Below are positions 1 through 11,358 of a stretch of DNA of 64,000 nt, one piece after another. The stretch spans positions 1 to 64,000 of the forward strand of contig MCFE01000067.1 in NCBI GenBank assembly GCA_002104905.1, written 5' to 3'. Origin of the DNA: Basidiobolus meristosporus CBS 931.73 (Eukaryota; Fungi; Basidiobolomycota). A program made the position numbers and the translations under genes. How positions within the stretch are numbered: position 1 is the first letter of the stretch; each line of letters opens with the position of its first letter. The notes beneath the pieces were generated by a model. That model searched no databases. It was not told the DNA's origin and worked only from the letters and a program-made list of their open reading frames with translations.

Positions 1-335
1 TTACGGACAACCGTTTTCAAAACGACAAATGTCTGGTCATTATCGTAGGAGAGGGCAAACTGGCAATGTCCACCGTTATGGGTATTTCCAGGGGCGAATT
101 GAACTTTCACGGTATCCCCAGCATTGTAGGTGTACTCGACTTTCCCTGGCTTATAGCCTTTGCAAGGGAATACACCCAACGGACCGTTCATATCGTAATC
201 GATATCTCCAATGGACTGACAGTACTTGCTAAAGGTTGACTTTCGAGGCGCGGGAGATTGAATTTCCATGTGGCCGGACACGGAATTCAAGGCACATAGA
301 GATGCAGCAGCAAGCAAATAGGATGGGACTCTCAT
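1..335 (-). CDS. Secreted AA11-type lytic polysaccharide monooxygenase (chitin-active LPMO family), 3'-partial, runs off the window start
   Basis: Own translation from ATG 335: MRVPSYLLAAASLCALNSVSG|HMEIQSPAPRKSTFSKYCQSIGDIDYDMNGPLGVFPCKGYKPGKVEYTYNAGDTVKVQFAPGNTHNGGHCQFALSYDNDQTFVVLKTVVR. Signal peptide followed by His1, and the H-x-GG-x-CQ-x-x-LSYD motif typical of AA11. No stop in frame. Confidence 0.8.
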   Translation of the reverse strand, partial: MRVPSYLLAAASLCALNSVSGHMEIQSPAPRKSTFSKYCQSIGDIDYDMNGPLGVFPCKGYKPGKVEYTYNAGDTVKVQFAPGNTHNGGHCQFALSYDNDQTFVVLKTVVR

Positions 336-1316
336 GCCTCCGTAGTAAGATTGGTTAGATTGATGATTGTCAAAGAGTTGGATATGTAGCCTCTTTATAC
401 TGTTTAACAGTGCCAGATGAGAATATCTAGCCAGAGCTCTCTCTTCTGTATAGTACCCTCTGCTCTGGTACCTGATGCTTTGTGTAGCATGACATACCAC
501 AAGTGACGGGTTGCGGGCATATATCAGCAATGGCCGTGGAAGCATGGATATATTAAATAGCACGAGAAGCATCTTTCAACTCCCGAAGAATACTAGAATA
601 GCCAACCAAATATGGCTAAATTTAGCATGAATAAAAGACCAGTGTGACCAATTTAAACTTATAAGCCAAAATTCAGTAACACATCTACTCCGTTGCTGAT
701 CTTTCCTGAATGACAAGCAGTCACACTTCGACTCTGGTCTTCCCGATTGCATGGCATAAAGTGGTATGTTGAAGAAATGGCTTAATCTAGTTAAATAACC
801 CACATGGTTACTAATAGATGATGGAACCTGGCACGCGATTATGTGAAATCATGGATGTTATGTGATAATGACTATACGTAGAAATGGTTAGACAGCTTCT
901 GATAAAAATAGAAATGCGCTCATAAATTCGATGATTTCCCTTATTTTGGTCAACCATATAAAACCAGAGTTGGCATTTTCGAGTTCATTATCGTGCGGCA
1001 CCGTTTATAATCCGTGTTGCTCATAAGCCTCTTAACACCATAGGCTGGTTAATAAACCGTAGTTTAAGAGCGTCAACATAAGCGTAGACGAAAAGAACAC
1101 CTTAGCACCCTTTCGTGGCATCATATTATTTCAATGGGATGAGGGTCGGGAGCTCATACATCGCTCTCAATATTAATATATAAGTGTCTAGGAATCATCT
1201 CAAATCTTGATTTTCAGCAACCACTCAACTACAGCAGTCCGCTGAATGTGGTTGTTGGAGAGCGTGTTTATCTAATTTTATGTTCCTGCTGGATTAATCC
1301 AGAATTACGTTTGAAG

Positions 1317-2130
1317 CTATTGATAGAGATAGGTAGTAGGAAATAGTGCTGCGCTTAGTAAAACAGATCCAAGCTTGGCTGTGTTTGCTGAGTTCACATG
1401 CTCCGCGGAAGGAGGAAGGTTCATTGGAATAAGGTTGACTACTTTTGAAATGTCTGAGACCACGAAAGGTGCTGAAGTGGTTGAGAGGCTCTGGGAGGTG
1501 ACGGCAAAGTTAGCTGAACTGGGGGAAGTGGTTGAAGAGGTCTTGGAGGAGGTAATAAAGTGCTACTTTCAATTTCTCATCCCATTGGAGCATGTTTTCA
1601 TTCAATCCGTCAGCAGTATTGCACCCGACAGGCGTCTTCCTGCCGTTTTTGTAGTCTAAGATGACGTTGTAATAATAGTTTGTCTGAACCTGGTCAGGAC
1701 TGCCACCAACCCATTCAAAATCGATCTCATCCCCTTCAGGATTGCGGATAATGAAGGAGGTCACGACATCGGGAGAAGTAGAAGCCGTCTTGACCCTTGT
1801 TGTAACATTACCGTATTGAATCCACCTAACAGAGGTGACGGTAGCTCCGAATTCTTGTAGACGGCCATACGAGTTTCTGTGAGTTCCCAATGGCATGCTC
1901 AGGACGAGTTCTTCATCCTCGACCGCCGCGTGGTTTTGAATAACTTCACTCACCCACTCGTAAGCACTATTTGAATTTCCATCGAACCTGGAAAACTCCG
2001 CAACATCATCTCTGGAGAAGGTACCAACAAAATCGACACATTGTGGCTTGGGATTGCAACTATCAGCTGAATAACGCTTGCAGGGTCGCAAATAGTGGCG
2101 ATGCAATTATTGCTGTAAGAGTTTTGGAGA
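1317..2130 (-). pseudogene. GH16 (Crh/Utr2-like) cell-wall transglycosylase, apparently truncated and frameshifted
   Basis: ORF 1510-2106 has VVTSFI..EGDEIDFEWVG and QTNYY but no ATG start. The domain stops short after NTADG. A different frame then gives a Ser/Thr-rich tail with a GPI-like hydrophobic end (TSSTTSPSS...NSANTAKLGSVLLSAALFPTTYLYQ*, stop at 1317-1319). Confidence 0.6.
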
Positions 2131-2810
2131 TATTGGAAGTGATTGGGAGAACAAGTAGATTATGTGGTTTTCACTTAATGATTTATTGAAAGTAAAAGTA
2201 GTATTTATACTTTTACATGGTCTTTGCAAAACAAACATGTAGAATATGTTTAGGAAGGTCCCAAAAACATGTGTGCAAAGTGTGGGGCTGTTTAGACAAC
2301 TCTGGGTACCTGATACTTTGGTGAAATATTTTAAGTAAATCCTGACAGGATGAATATATGGATCACAGAATTTAGCAACAGGGTATGGGTACTTTGCATG
2401 AAGATATAGACTATGTTTCACAGTCTGTGCAAGTATAGGCTATGCTCTCTCTGGCATATTAGCATCATGGCTCAATGTGGTCATCAACAGGACAAGTATA
2501 TATATCTTGTAGGTACTTTATATCATTTTGAATTACACAATTTCTCAAGTATCAAACAGCTGATAGCTCTCAAATACGAGTAGTTTTACTGCGCAAAGAG
2601 CAGGTAGGAATACGATCATGCTAGAATAATCAAAGGATCAGGAGCAAAGTCAACGGTTGAACACGAAGTAGACTAATGTAAGGGATGCAACAATAAGCAA
2701 ATTTCAGATCAATACAGCATATTCATAGTCACTGAGCAGAACAAATGTTAATATCAATAGAAGCACTTATTCATGTATTCACAAATGATTATTCTGGTTT
2801 GCAAGCAAAA

Positions 2811-2892
2811 GTGATGAGTGGGGTTGAAACCCACGCATCCGGAGAGACTGCGACCTGAACGCATCGCCTTAGGACCACTCGGCCATCTCACC
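2811..2892 (-). tRNA. tRNA-Leu(CAG), degenerate (probable pseudogene)
   Basis: Reverse complement GGTGAGATGGCCGAGTGGTCCTAAGGCGATGCGTTCAGGTCGCAGTCTCTCCGGATGCGTGGGTTTCAACCCCACTCATCAC: Leu-type D loop, CAG anticodon, long variable arm, downstream TTTT. The T-loop is TTTCAAC and the acceptor stem is mispaired. Confidence 0.7.
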
Positions 2893-3234
2893 CATTGATG
2901 TTAGTTTTATTCCAATTTCTGTCAGGAATATTTGTAATTCTATCTCCACAATTTAGATTTATTGTGCCGTATATTGGCCCAGCTATCAATTATACGCGCG
3001 TATAGGGGAGCATTCATCAATCACGCTAAAGATGTGACACTACATCATTGTAGCTAATGCAAACAACCAGTTGCGCAATCGACAACGATTGATACATGCC
3101 GTTTACTTATCCTGTAGAGTATATTCACAACAACTGCGGGATATTGACCCATAGAAGATTCAAGAGTAAATTGGAATCTTGGAGTACAAGTATCGATAAA
3201 GTTTATTCCTAACATAACCTTCACTGGTGCACGC

Positions 3235-4476
3235 CTATTGGTTAGAGTTATACACCAAAAGATTCGGGGTACCACTTCTGAGCCCAGTGATAATATTTTT
3301 GGTGGCTCTGGCGGAGAGGGCGTTATAGACTGACTGTGGAGTAGCAACGTCTCCCTGGGCCAAATAAAGTGCAGCAACCCCAGCGACATGTGGACTGGCC
3401 ATACTAGTACCGGATATTATGTTCGTAGCTGTGGTACCACCAATCCAAGCAGAAGTGATATCCTTCCCTGGAGCAGCAATGTTCACACATTGTCCGTAGT
3501 TGGTGAAACTTGCTGCCGTATCAGAAATGGTGGTGGCAGCTACAGTAAAAGCACCCGAAGCATTTGCTGGGGACACATTACAAGCATCTTGACTCTCGTT
3601 CCCAGCTGCCACTATGAAACTAACCCCGGCTTGGACGGCTGCATTAACAGCGGCCTTCAGAGCTTCACTGTTTCCCCCGCCTAGTGACATATTGGCCACA
3701 CTCCTTCTACCCGAGCTTCTAGCCCTTTGAGCTACCCAGTTAACACCAGCGATAATTCCTGACGTGCTCCCGCTACCGGCTCCGCTCAGAACTTTAACTC
3801 CAATTAAGTTAACCTTTTTAGCAACACCGTAGGCAGTTCCGCCAACCGTACCAGCGACATGGGTGCCATGCCCATTAAGATCATCAACTGCCTCACCATT
3901 GATAAAGCTAACCGGGAGACTAGCTCTGCCGCCAAAGTCGGAATGCCTTACATTGATACCAGTATCAATAATATAGACATCTACCCCTGAACCAGCATTG
4001 TCAGGATAGGTATAGGGCGCGTTGGGATTTCTTGCTCTCTGCGAAACTCTTGGTAGGCCCCAGCTCGGTGGACTGTTCTGAGAGCCTGAAATAGTGAACA
4101 CTTGCTCAGCTTCAATATACTCAACATCCCCATTTGTCTTTAGATCTCGGACAAGAGATTCACTGAAGACCCCAGCAAAAGCATTGAAGCTTTCAAATGA
4201 AAGATTTCCCTTGATCTCATTCTTGAGTGTATTATTCCCACTACGACCACGGTTATACTGGTCCAGCTTTGTCTTTAGGAATTGTTCGGCTATAGCCTTG
4301 TTAGTACAGGTAAGGAGCAGATCAAGTCATCACCTTTTACCTTTAGTTGTATCGGCCGTACTCTTGAACTTCACGACGTAGCGATTGACAAGTTCCGGTG
4401 ATTGAACTTCCAATAATGGAGCAGATAGGACAACAGACACTAAGGCAACCAAGGCGATACCACGAATAGCGATCAT
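3235..4476 (-). CDS. Secreted subtilisin-like serine protease (S8A, proteinase K/Pr1 type) with I9 propeptide; exons 4476-4341 and 4289-3235, 396 aa
   Basis: Signal MIAIRGIALVALVSVVLSAP. A 51-nt intron 4340-4290 (GTAAAA..ACTAAC..TAG) restores the frame. Catalytic motifs IIDTG, HGTHVAG and GTSMASPHVAG are present. Confidence 0.95.
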
Positions 4477-4818
4477 CTTCGAATTTTAAGTTAATACAAA
4501 TCTATGAGGATGCTAAGGTTTATATAGAGAAACGCGCGGGAGAGCCGCCCTTCCTATCATTCGTGAGAATCGACATACAGGAAAGCTAATTTTTAATTCA
4601 TACTTATAAGGCGACTCGTTACCTGGTTATCCAGGACCTTGGTGGCTAAGGCTGATATTCTTATGGAAAGGGATCAGCGCGCAGCAATAAACTAGTATTA
4701 AAGCTTCGCATTTACTATCGAATACACTCCAGTTACAATCTAGGTAATTAACATTTTTTACCGTAAACTACTTATGGGAAAATACATTCCATTTATTTCA
4801 ACTAGTTACAAACCAGAC

Positions 4819-5634
4819 CTAACTCAAGTACACAAACCATGCTCGTTGAACACGAACTTCACTATCGCCACTATAACCCACTTGAGATTCCGCATTTTCG
4901 CTCTGAGCAAAATAGCCATCCCTCTTACTACCGTCAATCATCACCTGTGTGGCAAAGTAAATTTGACGAGAATGACATTCTCGTAGAGTCATTGTTCTTG
5001 TTCCAGGGAATAAGATTATCTCGTCTTTGTCATCAGCAAACTCGATGTCTTCCTCGACTCCTTTACCGTCAGGCTTCATGATGTTGGCCTCCTTTACGAA
5101 AATTGGCTTATTATTACTATTGTAGACAGGCTTGGAAGGATCGTATTTGCACCCACTTCGAGGGCAAGATATTTCTATAGTACTGGTGCATGCATAAGCA
5201 TAGCGAAATCCAGCATTCCGGGAGTTATCCCGGAAAAGATTCTTGGCGATGAACGCGTTGGAGCATCTTTGCACTTGTTTGCGGAATTGGCCGTAGATTC
5301 GACAGCCTTCTGGGTTCGTATCATAGTTTTCCTGCCATTCATCATTCTTGTATGCTCCCTTGTTATTGACACTGAGGGAAGCGATGTAGTTCAATTGATT
5401 TCTATCTCTCAACAACTCGGCGGGAATCAAATCAATATTCTTGATTCGCAAGTCATTTTGAGCTTGAGCAATCTCTTTGATGACATTAGCCCTCACACGG
5501 TTACCTTCGAAGAAGGCATCCGATCGCGATTCGAACTGAGCAGGGAATACCACAGGCTCTACCAATGTCTGGCCTTGTACAGCGCTGAGTGTAGCAGTCA
5601 GGAGAAAGCAAAGGAGTGGAGAAGTAGCGAACAT
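4819..5634 (-). CDS. Secreted protein of unknown function, 271 aa, six Cys
   Basis: ATG start, clear signal peptide MFATSPLLCFLLTATLSAVQG, TATAAATA about 35 nt upstream (5667-5674), intronless long ORF. No family recognised. Confidence 0.8.
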   Translation of the reverse strand: MFATSPLLCFLLTATLSAVQGQTLVEPVVFPAQFESRSDAFFEGNRVRANVIKEIAQAQNDLRIKNIDLIPAELLRDRNQLNYIASLSVNNKGAYKNDEWQENYDTNPEGCRIYGQFRKQVQRCSNAFIAKNLFRDNSRNAGFRYAYACTSTIEISCPRSGCKYDPSKPVYNSNNKPIFVKEANIMKPDGKGVEEDIEFADDKDEIILFPGTRTMTLRECHSRQIYFATQVMIDGSKRDGYFAQSENAESQVGYSGDSEVRVQRAWFVYLS

Positions 5635-6352
5635 AGTTCAATGAGCCTCTTGGGACTTCCGGGTAAATCTATTTATATTCACATCGCTCAAAAGTATAAA
5701 GCTCCATCTCAAAGCAAGGCCCGCTCATTGGATCCCTAATTAAGGCAATGTTTGCCAATGATAGTCGCCTTTGGCTACGGTTAATCGCCATATTAAGCTG
5801 CTCAAATACCTCCTGCCCCGCCGGTCAATCCGCGCCAGCTTATCGATTTTGTTGTGAGAGTAGTGACCAGGACATCCTTCAATAGCGATGGTTTGCATGT
5901 TTGCGATTCCTATTCTGAATTTTATATAGTTATGGGCGTGGTGGCGGCTGATTATGCAAGTACTGCAGACAGCTTTACCAAGCCGCTCATATGACTTGGG
6001 CTGTGATGATGTATGCTTTGTGATTTCCAATTCTTAACATTGGCCGCAAGTTAAAGATTCGTACTTTAAAAGTTCACCCCCAAACCGTACACATGTACCC
6101 TCCGATCGGGAGTGTAGATTCTAACAGCAGCTAGATGAATTAGATCAGTGGGCTTTGGCGTATGATTAGATGCTACATAGACGTATCACTTTAAGTGGAG
6201 ATCGTTGAAACATCCACTAATGCGCATCATGAAATACGAAATGCTGTTGCGTGAATACACTACTTCGAACGAGCCATAAATTTTCTGATTTTTATAAAAT
6301 TCCATTAATTTCTGTTTGCAATACTCAGCTCATTAAGTATGGACCGTAAAAA

Positions 6353-6424
6353 TGCCTACTGCCAGGATTGAACTGGCGACCTTCAGTTTACGAGACTGAC
6401 GCGCTACCACTGCGCTAAGCAGGC
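6353..6424 (-). tRNA. tRNA-Thr(CGT)
   Basis: 72-nt cloverleaf: acceptor GCCTGCT/AGTAGGC, anticodon arm TCAGT-CTCGTAA-ACTGA, T-loop TTCAATC, followed by TTTTT. Confidence 0.95.
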
Positions 6425-7292
6425 GAGCTTGATCGGGGATTAAAGTAAATCATATAACACAACTAAAATATAATCGCAAAACCTGTAACACGAAACTGAA
6501 CAAAAAGCACTCTTTGAAAGAATTGACTGTGAGTAACAGCTTCTTCCACTCACAACTGGGGACAATCTTTGTGAAAAAACACTAGTTCAGAGTAGATTCA
6601 CACTGGCAGGGGAGGTTGTCATGTTGCTAGAGGAAATACAACTACCTGAACTATTACTTGCTTGGGAACCGGCAGATGAAACGAGTTTCAATAGATCATA
6701 TTGGTCAATGGATGTTGAAGTAAAGCTATCACTTTTATCATGATTTTCAGACTAATTGAAATTTAGCCACTTGTATATATTTTCACCAATGTGATTATGA
6801 ACGAGATGTTGACATGGATAGTTGTTTATTGCTGCCCGAGTTAAGAATATTTATGGACGAAACATAAATAGGAATCAGCAAACATTGAACATCGATGGAA
6901 GTAACATTTGGTCAAGTAATCATGTGTTTCAACAGAGACATGGTATGAACATAGATACCAGGGGAAGTATGGTATAATCCACCCAAGGAATTTGGCAACA
7001 TACCCATAAACTAGTATTACCGGCAAGCCAGCTCGGAATGCATAAGCTATTTGCGATGATGTGATTCAACCCAAAAGGAACCAATCGGAGGAGTTCAGAA
7101 TGATGAATCTGGCTCATATCCAATAACCACGTCTAACTGGCAACCAAAAACTCAAAGCAGCTTTCTCAATGCACAAGTTAATTAGTGTATCAGTCTAAAT
7201 AGAGTTGACGCCATCTTTGGTACGTCAAGGGACTTAAATAGTGCGTGAGCTTCATTAGCACTTCACCAATTTCTTGATTTTCTTCTTCGCTA

Positions 7293-7964
7293 ATGATTCC
7301 TGCCACTTCAATCGCCGCTTGCCCATCCACCCAGGAGCCTCCTTCGTATGTTCCAGAATGCCGTGGGCAAGCCAAGTGCGAAGAGATTTCTCCACCGACC
7401 TATAGCTTAGTTGACATGCCAATCATTTCTTTCAATCTTAGACTTTCGCATTCCAGTGAACGTTTGCGATCGGTTAATATGCCCGATCTCGTTGATATTA
7501 GATCTACAGAGAACAATTTGCCATTGTATTTAGTTAATAAATGCCACTTTAACAATATTTCCTCGACTTTTTCTTTAGCCGATTCTTTTACTAATTGCAC
7601 AGTAGCCCAAGCTACCAGAGACATTCGGAAATCGCAAAATTATGAGATTGAAGGTCACAACTGCAATTTGTCATTACGATCAGCATCAATCTTCCGCACA
7701 GTTTACAAGTTCACACTGGAAGGGAGCACTTTCCGCTGGAGCTTTGATGGTGACCATTTAAGTTGTGCGGCCATTTCAACGGACCCACTGGGAAGACGTG
7801 TGAGCCGCTCAGTGGGGGGAGTCACATTCTTCGGTGAGCAACCAACATCACTAATTGGTCAAGCTTGGATGTTCCAGAAATCCAGTAGCACCACCAAGTT
7901 TGAACAGATTTTTCTAATGACCGCCGTACTCGTGATGTACCAAGCAGATAGACTTAAGATATAG
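7293..7964 (+). CDS. Hypothetical protein, 223 aa, with two N-terminal PPxY motifs
   Basis: ATG-initiated 672-nt ORF with PPSY and PPTY, then a beta-rich, globular-looking region. Downstream AATAAA. Family not recognised. Confidence 0.65.
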   Translation: MIPATSIAACPSTQEPPSYVPECRGQAKCEEISPPTYSLVDMPIISFNLRLSHSSERLRSVNMPDLVDIRSTENNLPLYLVNKCHFNNISSTFSLADSFTNCTVAQATRDIRKSQNYEIEGHNCNLSLRSASIFRTVYKFTLEGSTFRWSFDGDHLSCAAISTDPLGRRVSRSVGGVTFFGEQPTSLIGQAWMFQKSSSTTKFEQIFLMTAVLVMYQADRLKI

Positions 7965-8487
7965 GTAAGTTGTCCATCATCCCATTTGTTGTTGACGCGC
8001 TAACCAATTTTCCACAATAATTTGGCTCTTAGATCTTTTATTACCTCTCTGCCCATAAACCCATTCATCTATATATTCCTAATCCCCAAGCAATCAACAA
8101 TAAAACTGTATTATATATGCTTTATTTACTCGCGAGCTTATAGTTTGATGTTATCTCCGCAAGCCTGCATCTAATAGAATTTCTAAAGAGGGAAATTTAT
8201 TCTGGGAATCTATATATCACAGGGAAAGTAGATCAGGGCATTTTGGGGGTTAATCATGATTTTATGGTTGATAATCGTTGCCAAAATCAAGTTGAATATC
8301 GTGTTGTTGGAGATTTTCATGACGAAAAGATCGATTTATTCTTGGTGAGAAAGTGCTACAAAAGGGTGAACGCTTATTAGGTGGTTACACCATTAGAATT
8401 AATCTAAACACACCAAATTTCACACGATTAGAAGATTACTAAAGAACGCTAAGCCTTGAAATACTAACTAATACTAGCTCTATGGAT

Positions 8488-10041
8488 TTAAACACAGTCA
8501 TCCTCACCGCAACTGTCGTCGGAAGGATTCGGCTCACGGTAGAAGGGTTTGCTCTCCAAGCAATCAGCAAGGTTGACCAATTTCCAGCCTCTGCTCAAGA
8601 GGTACTCAATGGCACGCTCAGCAAGAGGAATAGTCTTGGGATAGTTAGTTGGTCTGAAGTCGGCAGTGGTGTTCCACACATCGTGGTTCAGGGAGATGAA
8701 TCTGCCAACTTGAGGGTTTGTAGGGCCGGTTTGGTCAATATACTCTTGGTACATCTCATCAATGGAGTTCACTGGATTCCAATCAACAGGATCCATGTTC
8801 CATGTAACAACAGTGTAGCCCATCTTTTCGAGGATCTGACGTGAGGGACCATCAGTATCACCATAGGGGGGTCTCATACAGGTAGGGACTTTGCCGAGAA
8901 CCTTGGTGAAAGCATGATTCAGTCTGTTCATCTCATATACAACTTCCTCCTCAGAGACTGTAATGAGATCAGTGTGAGCCCAAGTGTGAGAGCAGATTTG
9001 ATGACCGGAAGTGTATGCACGTCTGACGACATCGGCCAGGTCGTAGATGCTCAAGGTGGGGTTTCCGGTATCTGCGTTCTTCTCGTTTAGCCCGTTAACA
9101 AAGAAAGTGGATTTGACGTTGACTCTATCAAGGTAATCCAGCAGCCCAGAAGTCAATACACTTGGGCCATCATCAAAGGTAACAGCGAAGGTTCCTGGAG
9201 CTGTGCACCTGGTGATGACTTCGGCTTCCTTTTTGTCATTACAGCTACCGAAATCTTTTTGGCACCCACCAGTGCAATGGTCGGAGGTGTAGCCACACCA
9301 ACCCCATTCACTACAGCATAAGCCTGGGGCACATGTGCCAAAAGAAGGGCCACACTGCTGATCGAGGTATCTCAGTTTAGATGGGATTGTTGAAGTAGGG
9401 GCCGGAGTTGTGGTTGTAGTGGTAGGGGAAGTAGAGATTGAGGTGGAGACTGAGTTAGTGGAAGTAGCGGAAGTAGAAGTAGTGGTAGTGCTGGCACTAG
9501 TAGAAGTTGCAGTGGATGTGGCCTCGGTAGTGGTAGGAGTGGTGGTTGGAGGCTTTGATGTTATGGTAGGCTTGGTAGTAGTGGTTGTGGTTGTTTTTTT
9601 GCTATCACCACAATCGCCATACTTCTTCTGACAGCCAATATAGCAATGAAGGAACGAATTTCCACAGCGTCCCCAATCACTGCAGCACAGACCTGATTCA
9701 CAAGTACCGTGTCTGGAACCGCATTGCTCATTGAGCTTCTTCAAAGGAGTTGGGGTCGGAGTTGGAGTTGGTTTCGTGGTAGTGGTCTTGCGACCATCAT
9801 CACAGCGGCCATAGCTCTTCTGGCAACCAATGGAGCAATAGTCAGAGGTGGAGCCGCAATAACCCCATATGTTGCAGCAAAGCCCTGGTGAGCAGGAGCC
9901 ATACCAGAAGCCGCATCTCTCATCGCGGAACCCCATTGCTGCTCCTCTAGCAACTAATCTCCCATCCACATTATCTGCGGGGGCAGCATCCAAAGATGTT
10001 GCAGCCAGTGCAACCACGAGTGCGGAAAGGAAGGATTTCAT
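8488..10041 (-). CDS. Chitin deacetylase 1 (CE4/NodB) with signal peptide and 3 CBM18 hevein domains
   Basis: True start MKSFLSALVV at 10041. Three C-G-x4-C-x4-CC-x3-GxCG-x5-C-x3-CQ-x2-(F/Y)G-x-C modules and Thr-rich linkers. CE4 motifs TFDDGP, HTWAH, RPPYG, DPVDW, LNHD. Confidence 0.95.
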   Translation of the reverse strand: MKSFLSALVVALAATSLDAAPADNVDGRLVARGAAMGFRDERCGFWYGSCSPGLCCNIWGYCGSTSDYCSIGCQKSYGRCDDGRKTTTTKPTPTPTPTPLKKLNEQCGSRHGTCESGLCCSDWGRCGNSFLHCYIGCQKKYGDCGDSKKTTTTTTTKPTITSKPPTTTPTTTEATSTATSTSASTTTTSTSATSTNSVSTSISTSPTTTTTTPAPTSTIPSKLRYLDQQCGPSFGTCAPGLCCSEWGWCGYTSDHCTGGCQKDFGSCNDKKEAEVITRCTAPGTFAVTFDDGPSVLTSGLLDYLDRVNVKSTFFVNGLNEKNADTGNPTLSIYDLADVVRRAYTSGHQICSHTWAHTDLITVSEEEVVYEMNRLNHAFTKVLGKVPTCMRPPYGDTDGPSRQILEKMGYTVVTWNMDPVDWNPVNSIDEMYQEYIDQTGPTNPQVGRFISLNHDVWNTTADFRPTNYPKTIPLAERAIEYLLSRGWKLVNLADCLESKPFYREPNPSDDSCGEDDCV

Positions 10042-11358
10042 GATGAAGAGCCGAATACCCGAGAAATCTGTTTGACCCACAAGACACTATCACGGTTTAT
10101 ATGGAGTCTGGTGGGTCAGTAATGAGCTATTCAAGTGAGTGGCGTCTAGAAGATAAACGGCCTAGTAGCACAAGTATAGTATTTGTTGTACAATTGGTAG
10201 GTTGCAGACATATAACTGTAGGAAACTAATTGGAGGAAGCGGGTATCCTGTGATACGAAATGTACAAATGTTCACGCTAGAATCCACTTGTTCGAGAATG
10301 TGTGATGGCGGTTAGGATATACCACAAATGTAAGATTGTACTAGCACGATTTGGAATATCCCGAAATTACTGACTTGGGTATTTTCCCCGGTACATGAAT
10401 GTTGATACTCTCACAAAATGTCAGAAGGCTCTATGATCTGATGTAACGGTGGCAGACCTACGGCTATAGATAAAGCCATTTCGCCAATCCGAGCCGACTA
10501 CACTGCCCTTGTGCTCTGTAGGAATAATGGAGTCTTCGAAACAATACTATCCTATATGGCTATTAGGTACTGATGAAGTCGAGAGTTTTGCCGAAATACA
10601 TACCACAAAACCTCGTGGCAATTGGTTGATTTCAAAATTTGGTCATACATGGGGCTTCTTGGACTACTCGAAAATTCCAAATTTAATAATGGCATGGAGA
10701 ATATTAGGTAAGAATATTAAGCGTTAAATGATTGATTTTAATAATGATTAATGCATTTGCCGATTTCCATTCTGAGTAGAGTACGGGTGGCTATATTTAG
10801 ATGATCTTCATTAGCCTGGGGATAAAAGAAACAATGAGTCTCAATTTAAGAATAGTTCATATGCCACTGGTTGCCATTCACATGATTTAACTCCACTGAT
10901 TCTTATCTTCTAAGAACTAAGATGGCATATAGGAGAACAAAATGGCTGGTAAGGATGGTGTTGGAGAAATATCCATGATAATAGTGTTTTGAACAGGCTT
11001 TGAGACCTGATGCTTTGGGATAGTAAGAAAGTTGAACTTTCACTGTTGGGTTTCTTGAGAAGAAATGAAGTATTTTATTAAAATGATGATAGCAGCGGCT
11101 TGAAGGTCCCAAGAAGCTGTGTACAAAGGTTAGGATTGTTTGGAGAGGTTTGAAATTACAGCAGCCTCAAAAATGGATGAGTATCACAATTAGACAAATG
11201 GTAATTGTATCAACTAACCACAAACAGAAGATGATTTGTAAGCTGAGAAAAAACTGACTGTTTATTGGGATTAATTCAATACGCTAACAAGCTTGTTTGT
11301 CGGATTGAGAGCAAATTTTGCGGGTCGAGATTATTCTAATTATAGTAAAGGGAATTCT

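Noticed and set aside
5740-6030. RNase H-like (PGH..N..DKLA) or zinc-finger-like (CxxC..H..H) look of the 96-aa ORF
   Set aside because: Spacing does not match the W-x-P-G-H-x5-N-x3-D consensus, and no other retroelement domains are nearby.
6841-7140. Overlapping short minus-strand ORFs
   Set aside because: No ATG or promoter context and no motif; consistent with chance.
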